A stretch of DNA of 64,000 nucleotides from NCBI GenBank assembly GCA_039193385.1, contig JBCCWR010000002.1, positions 2,966 to 66,965 on the forward strand. Reading direction: 5' to 3'. The first letter of the stretch is position 1, and the number at the start of each line of letters is the position of its first letter. Position numbers and translations under genes: made by a program. Below, in pieces: positions 48,601 to 56,773 of this stretch. The notes under the pieces were generated by a model that did no database searches, had not been told where the DNA came from, and saw only the letters and a list, made by a program, of their open reading frames with translations. Source of the DNA: Verrucomicrobiota bacterium (lineage in GTDB: Bacteria; Verrucomicrobiota; Verrucomicrobiia; Methylacidiphilales; JBCCWR01).

Positions 48601-50931
48601 CTTACGGTAGCGCGGTCCGACTGAGTCTCTTCCAGAGTAGCTCTCGGACCAGCTGGTGCTGGCAATTGGGATCAGATAGGCAGACTTCGTCGACCACTCG
48701 GACTCAGGCACATCATCGTTGAAATAGTCAGGATTGGCTCTCAACCATTCCGAGACATCACTAGCATTTTTTCCATCCTCTGATAAAGGCGGAGTAAGAA
48801 GACTATCGGGGTCAATTACTAAAAACCCATTGGCTTCGACATTGGACACGTAGTCATAGTCAAATCGATTTTGCTCAGAGGCTATATGTTCGAGGGTAAT
48901 CTCATAAATCTGACCTCCTGCCAAAACTAAAGAATAATTGTAAACCGAACCAAATCCTTGCGAAGTCGCGCTTTGATTTCCGATATTTAGACTCCACCTT
49001 TCAGACTCACTACCTGATGGATCGCCAATATAGCCACCAATGGTGTAACCACCGCCAAACGAATAATCGAGACCGACGTCACCTATATCACCACAGTCTA
49101 AGTCACTGACATCAGGACCGTTATACTCGCCAGGCACAAAAGGCTTACTCGTATTACTCGTCGGATCGCCTCCGCCGAGTAATTCGTCATTATCGTCGTA
49201 TCCATCAAAATCGCTATCGGCTAGGTCGGGATTCGTTCCATACAGAAATTCCGTGGCAGTATCTAAACCGTCGTTATCGAAATCCACGCCAATTAGCTCG
49301 TCCGGAACCAAAGGATTGAGGAAGATACTATTAAATTCGTCAACATCCGCTATGAGATCGAAATCAGTATCCCAATAATTTGGATCAGTGCCAGTTTGGA
49401 ACTCTTCGAGATTTGTTAGTCCATCTTCATCAAGGTCCAATACTGCGTCAGAAGAGTCGAAAGGATCGAGACCTGCATTTAATTCCCAGACTCCGTTCAT
49501 GCCATCATTGTCACCATTTATCACATCCCATTCGATAACAAAGCGCTGAGAACCATTTGAGACGAAATCGATGAATATTGCAGGTTCACCACTGTCAAAT
49601 AAGCCTATCTCGGTTTGCTGGTCAGATGCATAAATCGGTAGGCCATTCTGGGTAATTTTTTTAATGTATAGGAAGATGTCAGAGCTCGGCGAATATTGAG
49701 CTATCCGACGCATAGACCAAGAAATCTCCTGCCCTCGGGGAAACCAATTGTCTCCGATCCAACTCACGTTGACTTCGAGGTTTAAGTTTTCTCGATAATA
49801 GAGAGAGTCGACGATGACGCGAACTCGATCTAATTCCAAGGCGTTTAATCCACGAAACAGTTCAGTGAAATTGTCCAAGCCATCTGAGTCTTCGTCGGAG
49901 GTGCCGTCAAATGAAAGGTCAGCGAATAAATTTTGCTCCCAGTCATCGGGTAAGTAATCGAAATCGGTATCAATCCAAGGTGTCAAAAATGCACCAATTA
50001 CAGGTCTTACTGTCTCTTCATCCTCAGCTTCATCTTCTTCTGGATAGACTCGTATATAAGTAGGTGCGCTGAAGGATCTCTTAGCGGGCTCACTGGTCGC
50101 GATTGCGCCATCTGCATTGAATATGCTAAATATCGTGTTGTCGTGCTGAGCCGTCAGGTGACTGATCAGTGAATCTGGATTCACAACAAAACCATCTTCT
50201 TTATCAAACTGTGTGACCACCATGTAGTTTCCTGGGCCCGGAAGTTCTATTTCATATAGAAATTTATAACGATAAAGTGGGCAAATAACATTCTGTGGTG
50301 ATAAACGTTCCGAGGAATAAGGATCCACCGGATCGATATCTAACTCAATAGCGTTGTCGAGTAACCCATCAGCGATATCGGATTGTTCGAGTGTATCCAA
50401 GTCGACAACATATATCTGCGGGCGAGGAAAATCGTCTTCGTCAAAAAACTCCGCTATTCCATCTGGATAACCGCTGCCCGCCCTATAGTCAGTAGGAATT
50501 TGTATAACACCCGTTCCAAACAAAATTTCTAGATCCAACTCTATAGTGTTCGATTCGACGGAGTAACCCATATTATCGGTAAATGCATCAGCATTCGGAA
50601 CAGTGACTGTTGCTTCTACAAAACGTCCGTCCCAAGAGACTAAGTCGACGAAAGTTTCCTCTCCTTCACCCGGCAGGAGGGTCGGACCATCTGGTCCTAT
50701 TTCGAATTCGACGACAGTTCCGTCACACAAGGTAAACGATGTTATACCTGGTCCGTCGTGGAAACTATCGAAATTCGTTATGCGTTCTCCAAAACATTCA
50801 CCGTTCAAAACATATAGAGTCTGAATTCCATCACCCACAACGAGATTAAAATCCCGAAAACTGAATGATTCATTGTCCGCAAAAGCTGAACTCGAACAGA
50901 CAAATAAAAATATTATAATCCTTTTAAGCAT
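42649..50931 (-). CDS. Giant Sec-signal RHS/YD-repeat polymorphic toxin (about 2760 aa)
   Basis: Signal peptide MLKRIIIFLFVCSSSAFA|D from the ATG at 50931. TSP3-type Ca-binding repeats (DLDEDGLTNLEEF, DSDFDGYDDNDE). Dozens of YD repeats (YDALNRL, YDGLSRK, YDDLNRL, YDPLNRL, YDVLNRL). Core end GGGIGGILY...FITRDPLGFVDGPNVYTYVVQNPWTMFDPTGL, followed by a 254-aa C-terminal tip. Confidence 0.92.
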   Translation of the reverse strand: MLKRIIIFLFVCSSSAFADNESFSFRDFNLVVGDGIQTLYVLNGECFGERITNFDSFHDGPGITSFTLCDGTVVEFEIGPDGPTLLPGEGEETFVDLVSWDGRFVEATVTVPNADAFTDNMGYSVESNTIELDLEILFGTGVIQIPTDYRAGSGYPDGIAEFFDEDDFPRPQIYVVDLDTLEQSDIADGLLDNAIELDIDPVDPYSSERLSPQNVICPLYRYKFLYEIELPGPGNYMVVTQFDKEDGFVVNPDSLISHLTAQHDNTIFSIFNADGAIATSEPAKRSFSAPTYIRVYPEEDEAEDEETVRPVIGAFLTPWIDTDFDYLPDDWEQNLFADLSFDGTSDEDSDGLDNFTELFRGLNALELDRVRVIVDSLYYRENLNLEVNVSWIGDNWFPRGQEISWSMRRIAQYSPSSDIFLYIKKITQNGLPIYASDQQTEIGLFDSGEPAIFIDFVSNGSQRFVIEWDVINGDNDGMNGVWELNAGLDPFDSSDAVLDLDEDGLTNLEEFQTGTDPNYWDTDFDLIADVDEFNSIFLNPLVPDELIGVDFDNDGLDTATEFLYGTNPDLADSDFDGYDDNDELLGGGDPTSNTSKPFVPGEYNGPDVSDLDCGDIGDVGLDYSFGGGYTIGGYIGDPSGSESERWSLNIGNQSATSQGFGSVYNYSLVLAGGQIYEITLEHIASEQNRFDYDYVSNVEANGFLVIDPDSLLTPPLSEDGKNASDVSEWLRANPDYFNDDVPESEWSTKSAYLIPIASTSWSESYSGRDSVGPRYRKIALNGRPIPDEKPQEEDEKDLENEETYIDAFDLSLRHDTSYVYVPLASSELVLSVTASASELSWTDRSGLRPHERLTLPFGAGWSSNICSYVEQVESLGSGVMTAPMSVNVVDENGHSQRFGIDSDDAFFPWPSSLVDAKTYENRLERSGDNLVLYKKYGNTLTYAKCDAWFHYSSNRVDGGDSTKKHTYWRLVQVEDRFGNILNYDYGGSSVSLIPTSISSPEFPGQSISIARSDDCRRIDSITDPRGNTIEFNYLTEKEFVEYDVTKLMSVDYPDGTSKQYDYGFAEDSDAEINPDSPTSFYHGNITSITDKRENTYTFEYEPNETIKSYSASGGSAVYVPVSTNHLPLNAQAEINQQLEDINGDDGSSSQSDYNKTYGLPRLVKKVTLPGNRQSEFSKGNTSLEFGPRFTATNVETIIEDTEGNYTIYSFQDVSGEIIDKNITYGDSSTGTSSEWLLYYETMEVSYYGGAHSNETPIGTETFTFDPDSGLSLESIEDFSGNTTEWEFQNSRGASAGSRITTTNFPNMMSKWSDPTIMTDALGRVTTYQYTGDYRIMSKIVDEHGTRTEYDIDSLGRRTDKIVEDSSGVKLSQEDYFFTNSGFPKFMTRKKVDAYANISGQAWETDLVTEYVADSNGRIFREIVDPEGLALTTSYLYDNNGNRTSATDPRNNTTTFTYDKLNRLVKVTYPSAGTLNGERVTFVRYIYDYSGNLTLEIDEEGHHTMHHYDELGRKIRTIVDMDGLGLPSIPFEFEPQILADDNRGEITEADIVTSYTYNDVNSLTSVTDPRGIVTRNFYDDIQRVVHTYTNYEGTAVDGNGEEINGNPTISGSSERTHTEYVYDNFRNPGASAFGSEGFKPTQIIQHDAYRTFLDTETFSTIIVYDEVYREESTTVEYVSGVSALTSTDYGDIVGEKESLISTARDPLGKVVQTTRDGLGRVVEVRDAFGDPLETLTTTSYSSTGLAYQVMDPRGNRTETEYDAAGRPVKVWQTDPLSLVGAIDRQPADDTLIGSPVTETIYDAASNISATINPRGFRWNYTYDARNRQISERAPAVVDYSNPAEPIVWPTTITDYDGVGNVIGTTDPRGLSTVITFDNANRPTTTTTSAVPVFGEVSAQALVTSTTYDKNSNIKTVTDSEDNVTVNFYDALNRLTSTVTNPTTGQPSIVEGTLNTDDILVSYQYDDTGNQTRVTDGKGAVTEFRYDGLSRKTHTIWDSGQELERTHESHYNALLMYGRTDEKAQYTAYEYDDLNRLKNVRFTGRAIDDRDYAYDPNGNILSVTYPNEVDSIRAVASTYDPLNRLQTETSAGITHTYIYDKAGNRRSTTYGESSRLLTSTYDVLNRLETLTDGTRETEYQYNPAGDIVRKTLPNGVIIECVYDILGRKENATNTAPSALQPFAEYRYAYDAVSNIRQIEEFYPLGNLTDRVITNTYDRTYRLDSEEIAISGGTTNLTEYDYDDAHNRSAKRTYTDTVLDTTTTYTFGDGSSASTANSNQLITLSDGTQIISYTYDANGNRSSRSDGTHTDTYSYDYDNRLITLDYQTGTADTGSYAYAYDQRLRRVVRDESAISGRDLTILSFSGGTSVQEHTTTVSSSPEVEYIRGSDYGGGIGGILYTLRSDTPAFNHYNSRGDVVAKTDPLGAIGWQAQYEAFGKRTAEIGTNTDRQRANTKDEDPTGLLNEGFRYRDLEAGVFITRDPLGFVDGPNVYTYVVQNPWTMFDPTGLRKDDPPGVKPTDHHVVTRAKLREMHGTDNWNQHLTDALEDMKVPAGKPRGMPRHGWSNAHEVYDKRSSEIVDQVLELVKKDGVDIGGLSAKKSKELASMLVDQINSDPYNKQFNEMVGKGANTTGLNEMLDDFGGKNKMMKLQTGLNPKLFNKRGGMFNKMGGKLARKLGPLSAAAFFVVDLQAEGLAGATENAVKSATFYDVTVEPVGNAYSDTFQSIRNNSKYGTFDTDTENPTANAIGAAMNARKRAFEGR

Positions 50932-50936
50932 GGCTA

Positions 50937-51188
50937 CTAATTTTTGACAGGCGTCCACTCATACCAAATGTCGCGGGGCTGAGATTGAAAGCTGTCCAGT
51001 AAATCAGTAATGTCTGTGCCATTAACTTTAACACTTTTTATCGACGGTGGTCTCTCTTTTGATAAGGGTATATTAGACCCTGCGGCGAATGGTGTAAATA
51101 CCTGCCCATTCAGATTTAGAACTATTAGAAAAAAAACTAGAATTGCGGCACTTGTAGCCAAAAAGATGTGTTTGTGACGTTTACTCAT
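50937..51188 (-). CDS. Small N-terminally anchored membrane/periplasmic protein
   Basis: 83 aa with one N-terminal TM helix (IFLATSAAILVFFLIVLNL). It starts 1 nt after the upstream stop and ends 5 nt before the RHS ATG. No family was recognised. Confidence 0.5.
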   Translation of the reverse strand: MSKRHKHIFLATSAAILVFFLIVLNLNGQVFTPFAAGSNIPLSKERPPSIKSVKVNGTDITDLLDSFQSQPRDIWYEWTPVKN

Positions 51189-51189
51189 T

Positions 51190-52125
51190 TTAATTGTTCG
51201 TTAACTTTTTTGCCAAATAGCGAAGATTTGCGTGCGTTGTCGTGCTCAAGAAATTCTCCAAGCCAGTGCTCACATCTGCATGCCACACCGCATTCTTTTT
51301 TAAGGCACCGAGCACTGCTAGCTGTATACCGACAGATGGACTCGGCTGTTCACCCAAAATCTGCACAGCAATCCGCGTACTGGCAACATCGCCGATTTCA
51401 CCAAGAGCCTGGATAGCGCTTATTCTTGAGGCTTCGGAAAAAGTGACGTCTTGAGCGATAATGTTGGCAACTTGCTTAATAACAGAAAGTTCAAACTCAG
51501 GACACGACACACAGAGGTAGACCAAATTGATAAAAGAAGTCCCACACAGAGAATTCTTTTCAAACAAACAATTTGCGATCACAGATTGAAAGGCGTCTCG
51601 AAGCTCGGTCAAATATTCTGGCACAGCACCGACCCAAGTGCGCTCATAAAAATCCACAAAATACTGTAGCACGTATTCACGCCAAATTATGGACTGTGAA
51701 GTGTCTAAGACGATATGAAGCATCAATTGACCCACGAGATGTGGATTTTCATCGCTGTGTATGTATTTGACCAACAAATCATTCCTTAGAGAGTAAGTCG
51801 ATAGTTCCCCAAAAGACCCTGTTGGCACAGGGATATTGTTTGAAAGGAAGAAAATGAGAGCAGTGTGGTCTGCTTCACTTAAATCATCAATAACTACCTT
51901 ACTCGCAATCTTGGCCCGTGTAATGTAATCTGTGGTATTTTTTAGGAGCAGGACTGCATCGTTCGACATTGCTGCCGCATCGATAGTGGGCACTTCAAAG
52001 GTATTCACAAAACTCACACTTGGCGGTGGATTCCCTGCTATTCGAGCTGTCACGGTATCTCGAAATACGGAGGCATTAACTAAGTTAACACTCAACAAGA
52101 AAAAATTGATCATTATAAATTTCAT
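51190..52125 (-). CDS. Secreted alpha-helical (HEAT/ARM-like repeat) protein
   Basis: Signal peptide from the ATG at 52125 (MKFIMINFFLLSVNLVNASV). The C-terminal ISAIQALGEIGDVASTRIAVQILGEQPSPSVGIQLAVLGALKKN resembles PBS-lyase-type HEAT repeats. The fold call is weak. Confidence 0.4.
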   Translation of the reverse strand: MKFIMINFFLLSVNLVNASVFRDTVTARIAGNPPPSVSFVNTFEVPTIDAAAMSNDAVLLLKNTTDYITRAKIASKVVIDDLSEADHTALIFFLSNNIPVPTGSFGELSTYSLRNDLLVKYIHSDENPHLVGQLMLHIVLDTSQSIIWREYVLQYFVDFYERTWVGAVPEYLTELRDAFQSVIANCLFEKNSLCGTSFINLVYLCVSCPEFELSVIKQVANIIAQDVTFSEASRISAIQALGEIGDVASTRIAVQILGEQPSPSVGIQLAVLGALKKNAVWHADVSTGLENFLSTTTHANLRYLAKKLTNN

Positions 52126-52130
52126 AACAG

Positions 52131-55100
52131 CTATCTTCTCCCGATTTTTCCAATTAAAACACCGTCCTGGTAGACGTATGTCCGGTGACATACGGAACCT
52201 CGCACACTATCTGGCTTTATGAGGACAAAGTCGTAGGTGCCGTCGACTGCAAACTCAGACAATGAAACTTCGCGGACCCGCGTCCCGTCATCAAAGGTAA
52301 CCCCTGCCTTAAAAATATCTATTCTGATCAAAATATCCTCGGAGGAGAAGTCCGGAGAAATATACAGAGTGCTTTGAACTAAACTAGTACCATCCTGACG
52401 CTTGAATTGCTTCAAATACCCTTCAACGGCTTCAACAAGCCAAAACGTATTCATCTCGACTGAAGTAATAGGAGAGCCATCGGGCAGCCTTGCGGTCAAA
52501 GTGTTGCCAGGAAACTCTAAGTTTGAACCGAGTTCGAAATGAATAGAATTTTCACCTATAGACTTAACCTTTGCCAAGGCTTGGCCTCTACTAATTGGCA
52601 ACAGAGGTGAAATGTTTTCCCAGGTCCATTCTCTTTGCTGCTCCAACCAAACGTTGGGAACATGAGATGTATCCGGAATTTCCACTACATCAACAACAAT
52701 TTGCCGAGAGTCCGTCACACCACCAGGATAAGTTACATCGGCAATGATCGTGTATTGGCCGCTTTCCGAGAACTTGTGGACAGTCTCTTCACTTCCAGAT
52801 AGGTTGCCGTATACGGAAGAACCAATGTTTACATGACCATTGACCCCCGCCAGCTCAGAGAGTATGAACTTGAGCTGCGAGCCAGTAGTGACAATGAATT
52901 CTTCTGGAGAGTCGTCCGCAAACAGAACCATGGGCTCCCAAGACACATCGATAATCTGCGATAAGCCGCCATTCTGATAATCAACCACAAAGCTTGTATT
53001 GGGCTCAGACACCTCAATCCGAGTGTACCATTGATTCGTTTCGCTACGCCTCAAAAACGCCCCGTTTGATATGGCCATCATCCCGGGAAAGCGAGAGAAA
53101 CCTTCAAGTGAAACCGGGGACACATGGGTCATTATATTGCTCTCGAAAGCACCCTCCTGAGCGCTCAAAATAGCCAATTCCCACTCATCACGAAGCACCT
53201 CCGTTGCGAAATCTGGAGACTCTACTTTCACATAGTCAATTTGAACTGACCTTCCTCTAAAAACATTGTCCCATCTCAGATTGAAAGTATGCGAACCTAC
53301 ATCGAGGTAAGGCGTTAGTAGCACTTGATCTTGAGAGAATTCCGCGTCAGCTATTTGCACATTTTCAAGGTATTGACCGTTAATCTTCGCTACAAAGAAG
53401 ACAGGCATGCCAAGAGTGAGCTGAGTTTCAATACGGCGCGCTACTTTATAATGAATCTCATAGATTCCGGGGGTCGTGATATTGAAATCAAAAGAGAGTT
53501 CACCGTTTAACGACGAAGAATAAATTGAATCACCACTCATAACCCAGCTTCCAGAGAGAGTTGACGCTTCGCTTCCGCTTATTGTCAGAACAGTTGACGT
53601 CGAAGCATATTCTGAAACAAGAGGATCTGAGCCGCGCACCAGAACTTCTTCCCCATCGCTAACTCCATCACTATCGGTATCCGCGTTGAGAGGATTTGTG
53701 CTGTAAATTGTTACTTCATCAAGGTCAGAGAGTCCATCAAAGTCTGTATCTCGCGTATATCCGACTAACTCCACGTTTGCTGCGACAAATTCTCGATCGC
53801 CACGACCAGAGCTTAAGTAGATGCCAGCTACAGTATTCAAATCAAATTGGGTCGCGGTCTCAGCAATCACGCTCCAGAGAATACCGTCCCCAGAAGCCTC
53901 TACAACAGTGAGAATTTCACCGCGCGTAACTCTGAGGTATAGTCCTGGCAGGAAATCACCATAATAGGTCGGGCCGTTTATAGTAAGCTTGTCGCTATCG
54001 CTTGCTCGAGTCGATTGATAAAATCTATCCGTAATTCTTAAATAACCGGCAACCATTTTCGAGTCCACGTCGATACTATTACGAACCATTAAGCCTACCT
54101 GGGTTTTATTATTTCCCGACTCTACGTTGTCTACGCGGAAGGTCATAGAATAACCCCCGGTATTCTCTCGATAGAAAAAACTACTGTCCTCAACGCCATT
54201 GCCTGCAGAGCTAAGCAGCCAGGAGTCCCCAAATACAAAACCATAACCCGAATCGACATTGCCATAATCCACGGTCTGCCATGGATCTGGCAGAAGACCA
54301 TCGGGAGCTTCACTTGAATCTATCGGAGAAGTCCGAGCAAACAATTCTTCGGTATCCGTGAAACCATCTCCGTCCGTATCAATAAGGTTAGGATCAGTAT
54401 AGATGTCAAATTCTTCGATATTAGCGAGCCCGTCTGCATCTAGGTCATCCTCGCTATCATCTACTAATAGATTTAACCCATTGTTATACTCCCAAAGATC
54501 CGACATGCCATCAGAGTCCGTATCGAACGCATAGAGATTGCTTCCAACAAGCCTCTCCGTTTCATTAAGTAAACCATCTCCGTCGAAATCCATTCCCTCG
54601 GGTTCGCCATTTGAGACAATAAAATTATCAAACTGGGCAGAACTCGAGCTTGCAGAATTTTGAAGGATATCTAAGTGAGAGAAATAGACGAGATCAGCGT
54701 TCACGAAAGGAATGTCTTGTGCATACATGACACCATTTAAAAATACAGAAGTCGTTTTCGTGATGTAGTCGAGATAGAAGGCGTATTGATTGACTCCGGG
54801 CACTAGACTAGATGGAAATATATCGATCCATTCGCCCGCCTTTGCGTCCCAGATTGAAATACTCGTCTCGTCTTTTTTGCCGATCACGAAGGCGTGGAGT
54901 GTGGCAATCGTTTCAGGCAGGTCACCTTCCAATAAATCGGCGTCAAAGGATACCCAGACTCGTCGCTGGTTCTCTATTCCGAAACGTTGGGTGGCAGAGC
55001 TAATTTCGACTCCGTTATCGATAATTGCCAAAGATTCATCCCCCTGAACCTCTGCGGTTCCTGTGCTAAGCCATCCGAGCTGACCATTGAGAGGGCCTGG

Positions 55101-56753
55101 TAGATAGCCTTCTGATGGAGAAAATTCGGCAAACCATGAGAAAACGCCATTTCCTTGAGGACTTAAGGAGGCAATCAAGACGTCAGGGACAATCGGATCC
55201 ATCCCCCATTGAATCTCGGTGAGGTCTCCTACACCATCTCCGTCTGTATCGAATAAAAGTGGATTAGTTCCGCGCACACCTTCTTCTTCGTTTGACAAAC
55301 CATCACGGTCGTCATCCAGCCCCAGAGGTTGCACAGTTGACACCGTTAAATTGTCCAGGCCCGTGTCGCCATAAATCTCCATCTGCGTCAGAAATGGTTT
55401 CGTTCGGATAAAGGGAATGTCCGAAAAAACGCGCGTGCCATCGACATAGTAATCAGTCAGCTGATTTAAATAGTCGCTTTTGAGCGTAATACGTCTCCAA
55501 GAACCGGACGCGATTACATCTGCGGTCAACCAGCGCTGACCTACTGGAAAAGACGGATCATAGACGCGTAATCTCTGTGAATCATCGAATGAAAAGGCCG
55601 AGCTCACATCTGCATCGATGACGTCTTCCATGTCTCCCGGGGTAGGCTTGAGCCATTGGTCGACCCACACAACCGAATTGCCTGAGCCTTTCAAAAAGCT
55701 AAACACTTCAGATGTGCCGCTTACCATCAAATTCTGATTTCCATCGAAGGAACTACCGGTAGCGATCGACACCGAATCTCCGACAATCGTCCATGCGTCC
55801 GTAGTGCTCAAAGGCCCAGCAGTCCAAGATTCAAATCCTTCGAAGAGCGGTAAATCGTTAAAAACAAAAAGATCTGCGACTGTTGGATCTGTTTCTGCAG
55901 CCAATTCTGCGCTATCACTGAATCCATCGCCGTCCGTATCGGGATTGGTGGCACCGGTTGTGAGCTGGTATTCCTGCAAATTGTTCAGGCCGTCGAAATC
56001 GGGGTCGAGGTAGCGCTGGTTGATCAGGGTATCCAGCCCCTGTAGCTGGAGCCAGGTGTCGGGTAACCCATCATTGGAGGTATCGGCGTAGAGCGGATTG
56101 GTCGACCCGGCGTAGAAGAAGTCCAGACCGGTGCCGTAGTTGGGGTCGGACTCTAGGGAGAATTTCTCCAGAAAGTTGGCTGAGTTATCCAGAAAACCGA
56201 TATCATAAGCGACGAAGGTGCCGTCGACAAAGAGGTCCCAGGTCTTGGAAAGATAATCCAGACGATAGCTTAAGCGCATCCACGCAGTCGCTTGGCCCCC
56301 CGAAAGATTAAAGGTGCTCGCGGTATCGAGCCACTGCCCACCCCCCAGGCCATCGCCATCCAGGACAAACACTGAGCCCGTGCCGACAACATCCACAAAA
56401 CCGGTAGTCGCTGGCGATACTTGCAAGCTGGCCTCGGGCAAATTGGCCAGCGGACCCGCAACGGGCTTCAGATAAAAGTCCACCCAGCGCACCGCATTCG
56501 AAAGCGGATCTATGAAATCCAAACTAAAAAAACCCTGCCCTTGCAGCGATATCGACTGTTGGCCCGAGACCGAGTCCCCGTCGACGACACTGGCCTGCAA
56601 AAAGGCGGGATCGAGCAACCAATCGGGATCCGATAGCAAAAGACCCGGCGTATACTCCTCAGCCGTCTCAAAATCCGTCTGAAACGGCAGCGGAGTCTGC
56701 GCAACAAGCGAGGATAATGCTACGAAGCAAAGGCCTATGGATGCTAACTTCAT
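52131..56753 (-). CDS. 1540-aa secreted protein: three LamG/concanavalin-like modules separated by TSP3-type calcium-binding linkers, plus further beta-sandwich domains
   Basis: Signal peptide present. Three paralogous modules of about 190 aa begin TDFETAEEYTPG, EGFESWTAGPL and AEFSPSEGYLPGPL. Each ends in a (Y/D)Y...T..(F/Y).(D/N)G......I.F pattern. Linkers include NPDTDGDGFSDSAE, FDTDGDGVGDLTE, DTDSDGMSDLWE, DTDGDGFTDTEE and DTDSDGVSDGEE. Confidence 0.6.
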   Translation of the reverse strand: MKLASIGLCFVALSSLVAQTPLPFQTDFETAEEYTPGLLLSDPDWLLDPAFLQASVVDGDSVSGQQSISLQGQGFFSLDFIDPLSNAVRWVDFYLKPVAGPLANLPEASLQVSPATTGFVDVVGTGSVFVLDGDGLGGGQWLDTASTFNLSGGQATAWMRLSYRLDYLSKTWDLFVDGTFVAYDIGFLDNSANFLEKFSLESDPNYGTGLDFFYAGSTNPLYADTSNDGLPDTWLQLQGLDTLINQRYLDPDFDGLNNLQEYQLTTGATNPDTDGDGFSDSAELAAETDPTVADLFVFNDLPLFEGFESWTAGPLSTTDAWTIVGDSVSIATGSSFDGNQNLMVSGTSEVFSFLKGSGNSVVWVDQWLKPTPGDMEDVIDADVSSAFSFDDSQRLRVYDPSFPVGQRWLTADVIASGSWRRITLKSDYLNQLTDYYVDGTRVFSDIPFIRTKPFLTQMEIYGDTGLDNLTVSTVQPLGLDDDRDGLSNEEEGVRGTNPLLFDTDGDGVGDLTEIQWGMDPIVPDVLIASLSPQGNGVFSWFAEFSPSEGYLPGPLNGQLGWLSTGTAEVQGDESLAIIDNGVEISSATQRFGIENQRRVWVSFDADLLEGDLPETIATLHAFVIGKKDETSISIWDAKAGEWIDIFPSSLVPGVNQYAFYLDYITKTTSVFLNGVMYAQDIPFVNADLVYFSHLDILQNSASSSSAQFDNFIVSNGEPEGMDFDGDGLLNETERLVGSNLYAFDTDSDGMSDLWEYNNGLNLLVDDSEDDLDADGLANIEEFDIYTDPNLIDTDGDGFTDTEELFARTSPIDSSEAPDGLLPDPWQTVDYGNVDSGYGFVFGDSWLLSSAGNGVEDSSFFYRENTGGYSMTFRVDNVESGNNKTQVGLMVRNSIDVDSKMVAGYLRITDRFYQSTRASDSDKLTINGPTYYGDFLPGLYLRVTRGEILTVVEASGDGILWSVIAETATQFDLNTVAGIYLSSGRGDREFVAANVELVGYTRDTDFDGLSDLDEVTIYSTNPLNADTDSDGVSDGEEVLVRGSDPLVSEYASTSTVLTISGSEASTLSGSWVMSGDSIYSSSLNGELSFDFNITTPGIYEIHYKVARRIETQLTLGMPVFFVAKINGQYLENVQIADAEFSQDQVLLTPYLDVGSHTFNLRWDNVFRGRSVQIDYVKVESPDFATEVLRDEWELAILSAQEGAFESNIMTHVSPVSLEGFSRFPGMMAISNGAFLRRSETNQWYTRIEVSEPNTSFVVDYQNGGLSQIIDVSWEPMVLFADDSPEEFIVTTGSQLKFILSELAGVNGHVNIGSSVYGNLSGSEETVHKFSESGQYTIIADVTYPGGVTDSRQIVVDVVEIPDTSHVPNVWLEQQREWTWENISPLLPISRGQALAKVKSIGENSIHFELGSNLEFPGNTLTARLPDGSPITSVEMNTFWLVEAVEGYLKQFKRQDGTSLVQSTLYISPDFSSEDILIRIDIFKAGVTFDDGTRVREVSLSEFAVDGTYDFVLIKPDSVRGSVCHRTYVYQDGVLIGKIGRR

Positions 56754-56773
56754 GAGGGCAACTGACCTAAAAA

